Source: Lingula anatina (Eukaryota > Animalia > Brachiopoda). Taken from it: DNA of 64,000 nucleotides. Positions within the stretch are counted from its first letter, which is position 1; each line of letters starts with the position of its first letter. Shown piece by piece: positions 47,701 to 60,531 of the stretch. Under the pieces are notes generated by a model. It was given only the letters and a program-made list of their open reading frames with translations, had not been told where the DNA came from and did not search any database. The stretch covers positions 28,296,503 through 28,360,502 of the forward strand of contig CM120640.1 in NCBI GenBank assembly GCA_051362555.1, given 5' to 3'. The position numbers were made by a program, and so were the translations under genes.

Positions 47701-50700
47701 AGCAAATTTCAAAATTCCTGCGTAGTTCTTGCATGCCTCGATATCGCTGCTTGGTTAGGTAGGAGGCCAGACAACATAACATTCCAGTTGTGTTTGGAAA
47801 GGGGAAAGCAGCAGGGAAAATCTTGAGTCTTGGCTATTTCATTTGGGGTTTTTATTGAAAATTAGGTCGCTAGATGCTGGTTCCATTGCTGATTTATTCT
47901 GTGAAAATCTGCAGTGCGGAACTGCAGTGGTGGATATAGGACTTGTTTGCTTTTGAAGCTCAGGTAGGAGTTTCTTCCCAAATCTTATAGACCTCAGTCT
48001 GCAGTTGTATTAGTACTGTGAAGTGGATACTCTAGTTAATTCTGGGAGCTGCTGTTGAGAAGGGCAGCCGTCAGTGGAAATCAAGGAAGGGCACTTGTCA
48101 TGAATGATATGTACTGTAGTAGTGGTAAGAGTCCAAACTTGTACTACCTCACTTGTGTAGAACTTTACACTTAAGTGTTAAAGACAATTTACTGTGTAAA
48201 ATGAAAAGCAAAAAATGTCTATTTTTTAGACAGTTTACATCAGTGATTTGAAAAAAATCTAGTTCTCTGACTGGAGAAAATATTTCTTGGGTGGCCTCTC
48301 ATTAAAAAAAAAAAGGTGAAGGAATTTGATGAAATATTATTGCTGTTGAAAAGGATGGCTATGAATGCATGAAAAAGTGCGCAGTATATGTATGATTTTG
48401 GACCTGTCTGAGACAAGTTTTATAGGAAGCTGGTGTAAATCGATACAAAATTTGCTGCAAGCTTTATTATTTGCACTAGAATAGATACCTATAGTGTCCT
48501 ATTGTTGTAACAAATTTAACATGTATTTAATGACATCCATATTTCAAGGGCTCATTTTCTCCCTGTTACCCCACACGCAGTTAGTGTACAATTACTTCAC
48601 GATAAACATGTCATTTTAAGGGATGTTAAAGATTGTAAATTTGAATACAGTTCACATGGGTGAAATCTATCGACCTGGGAGCTGAATGGCCATGTGTTTG
48701 CTCTGGCTCCCGATCACCTGTCCTCGGTGGAGAAAAAGTAAACAGCTAGATTATTTATGAGCATGGGTACTTAACGGCAACTATTTAGTTATTTGCTCTG
48801 CTTTTACACTGAGCTAGATTATAGACTCGATCACCAGCTTCATGTTTCTGTTTCTGTCATGAATGCTTGTGTAGGGCTTGTGACAATGATACATTGAAAT
48901 TTGGGATCTTTCAGTAAGTGTGACCCCACTTTTAACTGCTCTTGATCTCATTTAAAAGAGTAAACTATTAAAAAAATTCCATTGGATTGATCCTCTTATC
49001 AATATCTTGACTCTATATCATGCACTTTATGTGGATTGTTAGTAATTTGGGCTCGTTGTAATTGTTGTTATAATTATTTTAAATGAAAGGTAAAGAACCG
49101 TTTACTCAAACAAGCAAATGTTTGTGGGGCAGGAAGCTAGACATGAAAAGGTGTAATAATGTCTTCTTTAATGGCTGCACACTAGCATGATAAAACATGT
49201 TACAAGCATTCTATATGTGAAATCCACTCGCGCCAATATCATTTGTGTATACTAAGTTAAGCTATCAACACCACAGATGCAAATTAGATGTTATTTATAG
49301 GTCATAAAAATTGCAATGGTTTTTAAGGTAGTCATAGTTCTGCATAATGTCTCAGTTTATAACTAATTCTCTCTTAGAAATGCTTGTTGGAATGTTGCAG
49401 AACTGATGAAAGGAATTGTTTGCTATGGATTTATCAGCTGATCCGGATTATGATATCTATCACTGATTTTATGATATCTTGGCAAATATTTTGTGGTGTT
49501 AATAGGACCTATTAGTACGTCGACTTGTATATATAAGATTTAACATAAGTATTGGATCTAAGTGTTTGCTACAGTTTCTTTCTTACAAGCAACTAGCTAA
49601 TAAAAGTCCTAGGACTGCTCTTGGGATTTGAATCATGTGAGAGAGAGCCAAGGAAATGAGGTTTTTCAGATTCAGCAGTATTGCTCATTGGTACTAAAGG
49701 TATGTTAAAAACATCGATAGCATAAACATTGCACAGTGTTATGATTTATGTAGAGTACAAACTGCAAAAATAGCATGCAATGAAAAACTATTTGAGAAGG
49801 TTAAGGATATTGTCACCATTTCATTTGTTGCAGAGTTAGAACCATATGAGAGAGAGAGAGATGTATTTCATAGCATATGTGTACAGCCTTCAAGGGGGTT
49901 GTCTGACCCGGGCCAACATTTTGACAGTAAACAGGCAAAACAGAGGCTGCCCCACTCCACCCACTTCTTACAATAATAGGTCAAATGAGACACCTTGCAG
50001 TACAAGAAATAGCTTATGTCACATATCAGGCGGGAGTAATTCTTTTATGTCAGCCGCAGCGCTACGTGAATGAAATATGAAAATATTGTCATATTGGATT
50101 AATTGTTGAGTAAAAAAGAAAAGAAAAGCTATGAAAACTTAAGCTGGGTATCAACAGAACTTCTATTCTGCACACAAAGGGGCACAAGTGGCGGGTCATA
50201 GGATCTTTTGTGTGGCCACTCTAGTACAGTATGGCTGTGCCTCATAGATGTGAAGTTTTCATAAACATTTTCCATTAAACTGTCAATAAGATCAAAGGTG
50301 TCCCAATAGACAGTTCAGCTCACTGTGTCCTTTGGGCAGAAATGAGACTCACTGGGCTTTGGAAAGAAATGGGTACGGAAAGTTGGGAGGGGGATACGGT
50401 ATGGTTGTGTAATTGCTTTTTGAACTGAAAAAAAAATCTTTTTTGATAGCTGAGTTGAATTGTGTAGTTAAAGTCAGTACCTTATATACTAAGGATGCTT
50501 ACTAAAAAATAATTGAGAAGTGCAGGGACTTCCACACTAGTACAATGTGATGTTTTTAATTGCTATTCCAAGCTTGGTCAACATTGATAATGGTAATAAA
50601 TACCAAAGAATGGACAATAGAATTTAAGTAAAGGATAGATTTTCAGTAGCATTTTGGGCTTTTACTAGGAAACCAACAGCCAACTTTTTGCTCAATTTAG

Positions 50701-52272
50701 TCAATTGTTTATAGCCACTTGGCAATTTATGTTTCTTTACCATTCAGCCTTTTAAATCTCATTTCTTTTTTACTTCAACTTCTAAATGTGCACATATACA
50801 TGCCTCAGATCTGAGATAAGCATATGTTCAATATATTGCCTTGTGTAAGATTGCAGTGTCTGTGTTTTTTTTAAGATTCTGTAAATGTAGGATATGAGGT
50901 ATAGTGTTGTGTAGGTAGATTTCCAATGCACCATCACTCTCATTTCAATTAGGGTTGCCCAATCTCATGAGTGCTTGTCTTTAAAACACCAGTAAATGGG
51001 TGACTTTACATCTGAATCATTAACGTAAGACCACATTGCAGAGTATATACCTAAGCAGCATGTAAGTAATGTAGGTGAGATAATTCTATTTTATCTCTTC
51101 TTTTTTTTTTTTTTTTTTTGGGGGGGGGGGGGGGGGTGAGAGCTGAAAAATTATGAAAAAGTATTAAATGTGTAACCCTTCAGAATTTTTTTCACACTTA
51201 TGCATTGGCACTTAATTAAATACTTGTAAAAAACATAAAAAATATCCAAAAATGCAGTTCTTTCTGCAACAGAACTGCTAAATATCAAAGTAGCAAAATT
51301 GTACTAAGTGGTATTTTGTTGAGGCATTTGCAGGTAACTAAACACCCTACCTCCAAAGAAACCTACAGAAGCAAACCAAGGTAATTTTTCAGAAATATGC
51401 AAGGCTCGAGTCAAATTATCTTTGCCAGAGTGGCCCACCAAAAAAGCACAAAAATGGTGGCAAGCGTACCATGCTCTTGGTGATCACTGAAATTCGGGAT
51501 GCTAGTTCGAGGTAACTTTTCTGAGATAACCTCAAATTTTATTAAATATCTGTCTGTGGCTTGAATTACCTGCTTAGAGTCTGTCTTGAACGGGTTTACA
51601 TGTTAAAAGCTGCCCTGGGAAGATGCTGTTTTTTACGCATTTCAGAGGTATACCTTGAGTTGGCTAGGTCTGGATCAATGTGTTAATCAGATGATGAGTA
51701 AGACTTGTGCTAAACAAATTAGGCAGTTTAGAAAAGATGTGCAGTTAGATTTGTTGTTAAGGTGTGTTATAACTACTTGAATTATGAGCAGTTAGTTTCT
51801 CAAGTTATTTTTTTCAAAGAGAAAATTGGAATACCGATTTTGTTTGGATTAAATTTTATATTGGGAAGCTTATGGCTTGCATGTGGATAAAGAGTGCACT
51901 GGTGCAGCTTTAAACGAAATTTTAAAGTGAATTCATGTGGAACATTTGGTCCAAGCACTGATACAGTATCTATTTCAGCTGTTAAAACAGCATAATATAA
52001 CCATTTCTAGGAGAGGTTATTAATATTTGGAGGGCATCTATGAATCAACTGAGCTGATTTGATTAAGAGAACATAGCTGACATGTGTCAGGTTGAGAGTT
52101 CATAAACATCCTGATAAACAACTAATAAAGATTGTAAATGTATATTTTTATAGTAAGAATTCATTGTAACTTCATGGCCTTGATGCCAAAAAGCATTTTA
52201 TTTTATTTTAACTTGATTTGAGATCAATACATGTGCACACCTTAATGCATCATTTTGTACCATTTCGTTTAG

Positions 52273-52325
<53 letters not shown>

Positions 52326-55300
52326 TTATATGCTTGTGTATGTATTAATTTAAGTCATAGTGGAAACCGCATATATATTCAATTCTCCTTGCATTTTAGG
52401 GTCTTAATGGCAATGAGCTTGACTCCCCAGAACCGCTCTTTTCTCCGTCTTCGCCTGGACTCGAACAGCGTGAACAGCGTCGCCCTAGCATTTCTGGCAG
52501 CCTCGTAGACAGTCCCAAAATGGCATCCAGGCTGGCGCACAAGCCTAGCAAGAGTAATTCCCTGGGAAGCATAAACAGCGATATTTATGATTCTTCCCCA
52601 AACATGGACCAGGATGACATTATTGCCTTGACTCAAGATGTCAGGAGTTTTTCTGATGCATTAGCAAGATTAAAAAGTATATTTACTGAAGATGGTGAGC
52701 ATATTTTTCCCTTTACTAAAGCAGTTTACAACTATTAATTAATTTATCATATTCACCATATTCACAAATTATTATATTCTTTATGTGGCCATTGCCTGTC
52801 CGTGTATTTTTAAGGTGACCTTTGCTGGTTTGCTATTAACTGAGTTTTGATACTATCATATCCATGCACATCATCACATATCATATCCTTGGTGAGAAAG
52901 CTTTTGTTTCAGGGAGCTGTGCATGTGAAACAACTCCTAGAAACCTTTCATTCCAGTGGTGTGATATTCAGTTATTTTTATCTCGGGGACCAATACCTTC
53001 CAATCACCCTGTAGTGTAATATTGCAACACTCTTGCTATTGATATATGGGACCAGCTTTAAGCTTCAACATAAGTTACAGTTGTTATGCAACATTTCACA
53101 TTGTTGTGATTGCCTGATAGTAAGCAACTTGTGGATTGCATGGGGTTAGTTCATTTGGAAGGTTATTAGGTTTTACCTGGCTATTAGGTTTTTAAGCTGA
53201 TGTAGAAGAACCTGAAAAGATCCAGATTGATTATTAATATTGAGTGTAATTTAGGGAGATTATTTTGCCAGCGTGATCTTGGGATCAGTAGGAATAAATG
53301 TAGAAATTGCTGGTGGCAATGTGATTCATGTACAGTTCTGTGTATTTAGGTATATAACATAAGGGTCACTCTAGTTTGTTTTGCTATGATAAAATAACCT
53401 AATTTTCACCAATTTTGACAAACTGGTATAAAATATTTTACACTATTTTTGTTAGTATTTGCTGATATAGTTTAGCAATGCAATCACCTCATGATTTTTT
53501 TTACAGTGAAGCAATATTTCACTCTTTTCAACTCAATGATGACTTTTTATAACCATATATTTATAACCATATATACTGGTACCTGTATTTCCCAGCAAGT
53601 AAATTATAGTTTGCATTTGATGGAGGTTTAATGCTGTCATAAGTCTTATGCCAAATATGTGCATTTTTGGCTATGACTGCAGTTTTATTGAAATGTTATT
53701 ACTAATATTAATATATTCTTTTTTTACTGTAAGGCTTAAAAATAAAACAATAGTATTTTTGGCTGTGACTGCAGTTTTATTACTGATATAATTAATATAT
53801 ATATATATTTTTTTTTTTACTGTAAGGCTTAAAAATGATACAATGGTACATTTATCTCCATGGGAGTGAGCAAGAGCAAAAGTAGGTGGGGTTGTCACCT
53901 CTTGATGTAAATACAGTGTCAAAAGGGAGAGCTTATCTGCATTATCCAATAACCTCCAGCCTTGGGGAAATGTGTTACATTCCTGCTATCACCAGTGCCA
54001 GGACATCTTGCAATTAGTCATATAAAATCAATACATTCAGATTTGTCGCTGAATGTTTTGATAAATTAGCCAAGTTTGCATAAGCCATGCCTTGCAACAT
54101 GAGTCATCTGGTATGACACCTCAAAATAACCCAGATAGAAATGTTGGAAGTTTGGTGTTATTCTTTTTATCTGTCGACTCTTTTCCCTGTTATTGTGCTG
54201 TCTGAATTTTATCTGTAGCCAATCTGTAGAGAGGTACATAACCCTGGGCAGCTAACATAGCTGTAAAATTTGTTGTCACCATCTCCAAGAGAAATGGGAT
54301 ATTCTTTCTGCCATTATGACAATTGCACCACTGGTATGTGGATTCCATCGTTCTTTGCTTTGTGTCAGATTCAGTCTGTTTGTATCTATTAAATCCCACA
54401 TTTTCTTTTATGCTTCGTGGTTGGTAGGGTTGATATTGGAGATGGCCAGATGAAGAAGTTTGGCTGTGTTAGGTGCACCACAGTAGTTGAATAGTGTGTT
54501 TGGTGGAAAAAGTTTGTTGAATGAAAAACTCATCACAGAAAATAATGACACAGTATCCTGAAAACACCCTTGATGTTATGAATTTTACCATAAGTAGAAA
54601 GAAAAGAGAAACAGTTGTCCTCAAGGTCGACCATTTATTTTTCAGATCCAGTAGAAAATCCACGTATTGTTGCTCATGAACACCTAGGTAAAGTGCTGTG
54701 TATTCTGAAGACCATCCTCCAGCAGTACCCAGCCCTTCACTCCACGGATATCCTCACTGCAGCAGGAACACTCATCTCAAGAATCAAGAGTAAGTAGCAC
54801 ATCATTCAAAGATCATTTCACAGTATTTTCCCTCTTCTTAAAACGTCTTCATCTCTTCATAGACTGAGTGAAAGTTAAAAAAATTAAAGGGGTAGCACCT
54901 TATCTCAACGCCCCTACTGTGAAATGGAAACGGCACTAATTGCAAAAAAAAAAAAAAAAAAAAGAATAAAGAGACCCTTTATTTGTTGTGTTTAAATACC
55001 ATAAAGTCCCCACATTTTTCATCACTTTCTAAACATACCAAACCCTCTTTTTCACATGTAGACAAAGAACTTTGAAAGAAATCTGTCAGAAGCTGTCTAC
55101 TACTATTATACTAGGAAATCATTCCCAATGTTTGCAGACGTTTTATGCATTTCCAAATAAAGCCTAAATGTGCTATTATTTGAAGCTTAATGCTGTGCCC
55201 CTAGGGTAGAACACTGGTGATATTTTGTGTGTGGTTTACCATCATGACTGGAGTGTAAATATATGGTAAATGAATCCAACAGCACTTTTATGGGGTATTA

Positions 55301-56080
55301 CTTTTAATGACCAAACTAAGATTTACAAGTATCAGTTTGGGTTTGAAAGAATGCCATACAGCATAGAGAAGTTACATTTCGAGAATAATGTGAACAAACA
55401 GTACACTAAAATTGAAAGATCAGGCAAATTGATGGGTATTATAACTCCTTCTTGCTTGAATACACCTATCTTCAATTTAAACAAAATGTGCCAGTTTGAG
55501 TTGCATGCATGCACAAAGAGAAGTTCCAAGTAAATTGTTGTTTTTACCAACATTTTTCTACATAATTGCCAACTATATATAGCCTTAAGTAATTACTTCA
55601 GTAATATAAAAATAGAAAGTAGACTTTGTGACCAGGGAGTGCAGTCCGTTTTTCTTATATATCCCTGCTAATTTGCTTTGTGAGAACCTAGTTATAAATA
55701 TGTTTTATTTGTAGTTAAAAGTTTATATAAACAGTTGCAGCCTTTTTGTAAAAAATGGATTTTTTGATATATTTATGAATATATATAAATGTATCAAAGT
55801 AAAATATGATAGTTGGAAATTACTATATGCAAACAAGCATGAAAGTGCTTTATTCCAAGATAGAGGCGTTAAAGATACATATAGTTAATACATACAGCTT
55901 ATAATTAATTCATTGACATTACAAGGAGTATTTGATATTTGGATGTAAACACGGATATGTAAAGCAGTCTATTATTTTGTACTTCATTTGCACTATCAGT
56001 AAGATTGCTATTAGCAAGTGTATGCTTATACATTCTTGTACATGTTTGGAAAAAAAAACTGAGGAATTTAAAAAGACCTG

Positions 56081-56127
<47 letters not shown>

Positions 56128-59100
56128 GGGGTAGCGCTAGCAATTTTTTTTCGCTTAGCCAAATCACCACATTTTTGTCAATTTGTTATCAAAATGGTTA
56201 TAATTTGGCTAAAACATGTCAAATCAAGCCCTTTTTCTTTAGTCAATTTAAGTCAGTTTTAGCATTTGGCTAATTCGGCGAGTGTTAGCGCTACCCAGTA
56301 TATATACATATAAGTAAAAAACTTATGTGACTGTGATATTTGGGTGCCCTTTGTCTACTGATTGTATTCACGAGTCTATACAGAAATCCACTCTATAACC
56401 AGCACTCTATCTCTTAATAGCATTTTTTATTTTGCAATTAATCTTATGTTTATCTTATCAGTTTTTTTAACAACATGAGGAGCGTGCTAAATCCCAGTGA
56501 TACAAAGAACATCTAAATGCAATTTACAGGCTATATTGTATAGTGATCTGAAAGTTTATCTTAACTTGTGGAGCTCGGAATTCCATCACTACTAGAATGT
56601 AAATGGATCCATTTATTTTGGACACAGCAATCTTTACTTTGATGAGGTAACATGTCTGACAACATAACATTTTGTTTGGAAGAAAACAGCAGATGATGTT
56701 GCTTTAACTTCTCTCCTGCAGGCTTCAAGTATGAGGATAAAGCTGCGGACCCTGCACAGTTCTATGATGCCATTGACCAGGTAGCCCTGGCCTTCAGTAG
56801 CAGGTAAGAGGCAGAGTTCATGCATTAAGGTTGTTTTCATAGGAATATGTTTTATGAACCTTGGAAGGGGGAAAGTAGAGAAAGTCTCTGAAGCATTAGA
56901 AAAATGCATTAGAATTGTGTGCCACTCACGCCGTTGTACTATTGCTATTTTTACAAGCTGTCTCTTTAAAAAAAGATAAGTAGCAATAAAAATTGGTAAA
57001 AGAAAAAAGTGGCAATAGTTTTTGACTTGTTACGGATAGAAATTTAAAACCTAAAATAGCACTTAGCCAGTGGGCAAATTTGCTTCACAGCTGTTCAATT
57101 TCTGTAAAACATAACATACTGGGAACATCTGTAACAAGGGGTTCAGGGGCAGTAGCACCAACAAGAACTAATTAACCAGGAAATAAGGTACAGGGGACGT
57201 GAAAGCTGAGATATTAGGCGCTCTCAAACTGTTTTGTTTAAATGGCAATGTTATTATAGAGCCTCCCAAATGTTGCCCTGTAGAACAGAGTTGGGATGTA
57301 ATTCCGAGATCAAATGGTGTTTGGATGCTCGCAAGCACGTATCGCATGCAACGAGATAAAGCCGGTCCAAACATTGAAGTGGCTGGGGGTGGAATTGATA
57401 TTTTTGGAATAAAATTTTGTCTGTTCCTGTCTTCTCCCTAGGTCATCTCTAAAGAACCAGCATCACCAGTTTATTGCAAGCTAATTGGACCTTTCTCTTA
57501 AAAAAATGTCTGTTTTATTCATTTAGAGGTTTTTGAGAAGGATCTGTTTCAGGAAAATTTATAAACATTTTCAGGAATTTTAATTGGCATCCACTGGCTT
57601 GAAATATTGTTTTACACTAACATTGGAATCTCTTAAAAATCTCTACTTTGTTTTATGTCCCTGATAAAGAAGACTACCAGAAATAACTAAATTGCTGCTC
57701 CATAGGAGACATGACCTATCAGTAGTTAGAGGCCATGTCTTCAGAGTTAAGGCAGGGTAATCTATTGAGGCGAGACATTAATACAAGGAAATACAAGCGG
57801 AGGTAGTCTGCCAAAGCTATTATTAGCATTATGGTTTGATTCAAAAGCAACACATCTGTGGCAGAACTGTCTATTTGGCAATAGATGGACATTTGTGTAC
57901 TTGAGCCTGTGTAAGAGGTTCCTGTATTCCTGAAGCAGTGTTGTGTTGGAGCAGCTGGCTGCAGTGGGAGCCAGTTAGTTGAAGTGTATGTGGGAAACCA
58001 GTGCAGGGGGATGTTGGGTATTGTTCTAGCTGGCGGAAGGATTGGCACCAATTGCAACCACTCACAGCATCAGAGGACGCCATAATCTTGTCAGGGGCAG
58101 GACAGCTTTGATTTAGGAAGCATTTGCCGTTTGTTGCAGGACTGAATGATATGGAACAGATTTGTTGAATTTTGTGTCTTGGTTTTATAAGAGATATTTT
58201 GTGCCAGTATTATCAGTACTGTGTAGTGAAACATCGTGGTCATCATGTTGTCAGTGGAGAGTAACACAAGTGCAGTACAGAGAAGGCGTAAGAATCTGTT
58301 GAATCTACGGCTCTTTAGAAGGTAGGAAAAACTGAACCACAGCAACATGTTCAAAAAAAACAGAAATCATAAATATGAGGGGAAAAATGAAATTGGTTAC
58401 GTGTATAATACTTGTTGACTAGTTAACATGTACATGAAGATTTTCATTCAGAAATCAACTGGTGGGTGCTGGGGTGCTTTGACAGCTGGGTGATATCTGG
58501 TGAAAATGCCACATAACCAAACAAAACTATAAAGGCACAGAATAACAAACATCTTTATATAACCCCATATACTTTGTGATTCTTCTAGGATCTGCTATAA
58601 GGATTTTTGAGAAAAAAAAATAGGGAAGAAATATGAAGTTCAGATAAAGGCATCGGTGAATTTCATACTATTGATGAATTTATGTTTAGATTTGGTACAA
58701 ATTGTTTTTTTTTAACAGTGCAGTTATTATAAAAGTGCACTGGATATTACATATTTTAAAAAAGTCTTTAATGAATTTCTTTGCTGCTTGACAGCTGTAT
58801 GGTGACTGTGACTGGCCATAGTTGTGGTCATGGTCAGTTTTCATCGTCACCATGGCCATTGGCAGTCTGTGCTTTTCTTGTCACCAAGATTAAGATACAC
58901 AACTTGTGGTTCATGCTCTAGTACTCCTGATCTGAGAAGAATACAGACCTCATGAGTATTGTTGAACTGAAATGTCAGGATCAGCAGCTGTATGACTTAG
59001 CATATATTTTGATGTATTTTTAGACTGTCAGTTTCCTTTGTTTTCAAAATGTTCTTTCCTGTTCAGAACACTATGAAAACAATTGTTGGCATTAAACCAT

Positions 59101-59191
59101 GTGGCTTTCCATCCGGAAAAAATAAGTCAGTTAAAATTGACCTGGAATTGTGCATTATTTGGAAAATGTTGATGATACCTGCTTATATAAT

Positions 59192-59244
<53 letters not shown>

Positions 59245-60482
59245 AAGGAACATGTTAATCTTGTTATGTGTTACCATCATAGGTGCCATTTTTGACTTTA
59301 GTTTTCATCTTTTCCATTGTGTATTTCATGTTTTGGTAATATTTTTACATATAATCAATGATCATTAAGATTTGAACTAGATTTGAACTAGACTTCATAT
59401 CTGACATTCTTGAATTTTTTTCAACTGTAAGTTTGTTCTCAATTTCAGTGTATCAGAGTATTTAATGGGAGATGTGGAGGCAGCCTACCCAACCCATACC
59501 ACAAAAACCAGAGTAAGTGGCTCACATAGTTCTGGGCACAATCTTTGTTTTTCTAGTAAACAAGAGGAATGAATTAGCATGAAACAAAGGTTAAAATTAT
59601 GCCCATGTAATGGTTATTTTTATTTTGATTACTTATTTTAACTTCTTGGTGTGTTTGTGTGTGTGTGTTCGTGTGTGTGCGTGCATGTGAATGTGCTGCT
59701 CATAATGTTTACAAGCTATGCTATGCTTTATGTATCTGTTGATTCACTTAGTGTATTAATAACACAGTAATTGGAACTCTTAAAGTTCAGAAAAAAAAAC
59801 TTATCTGTATTCATGCAAACATCTTAGATATTTTAACTTCTTAGTGAGTGTATTTGTAATAGGGAGAGGCAAGGGAACTACTGTATTTACCTCTTCATAG
59901 GATTTATATCCTTTCAACTTGACCGAAATGACCACCTAGACCATGAACTAGTCTGCTGACCAGCTGAAAAATTACTTAATTGTTTTATGACCTGGTGAAG
60001 TGACTGTAGAGTGGGATACTTTTTTTTTTACAGTTCTGTGAAAAATTGGGCCTGCTTCAAGTTTTCTTTTTTGAATCGTAATTTACTTAAATTTAATTTC
60101 TTAATTAAAGACCTTTAGTGCATGCCTATATAGTTATTCACTTTGAATGCATGAGTACAAAAATGTGCAAATAAGAAGAGTGGGTGGTGCATTTTTAAGC
60201 TAGGGAATTACAAAGATAACATTAAAGTTGGATATTTATTGGAAGTGAATTTTTTTTCATTGTTCTCTGAGTTTGTTGAAAGTTCTGCCACAGTGTCAAG
60301 ATCTGCTAAGAGTGCCTTGCTTATTCTCAGCTGCACTGGAATGTAGAGATCATCATGGGGCAATGGTTTTAACTCTTGTGCATGAACAGTTTTAAGAGGA
60401 GACCTTTTTTGTAGGACAAAGTCATACCGCTAACATTTTCACTGTTCCTAGCCCTTAGCCCTTCATTTTAATTTTAATCTGT

Positions 60483-60531
<49 letters not shown>

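Noticed and set aside
51334-51380. Possible cassette exon (CAG|...AAG|GTAATT) in RhoGAP intron 1
   Set aside because: 47 nt would break the phase-0 frame between the flanking exons.
57168-57441. ORFs of 68-80 aa in a RhoGAP intron
   Set aside because: No recognisable motifs or phase-compatible splice sites; probably a repeat fragment.
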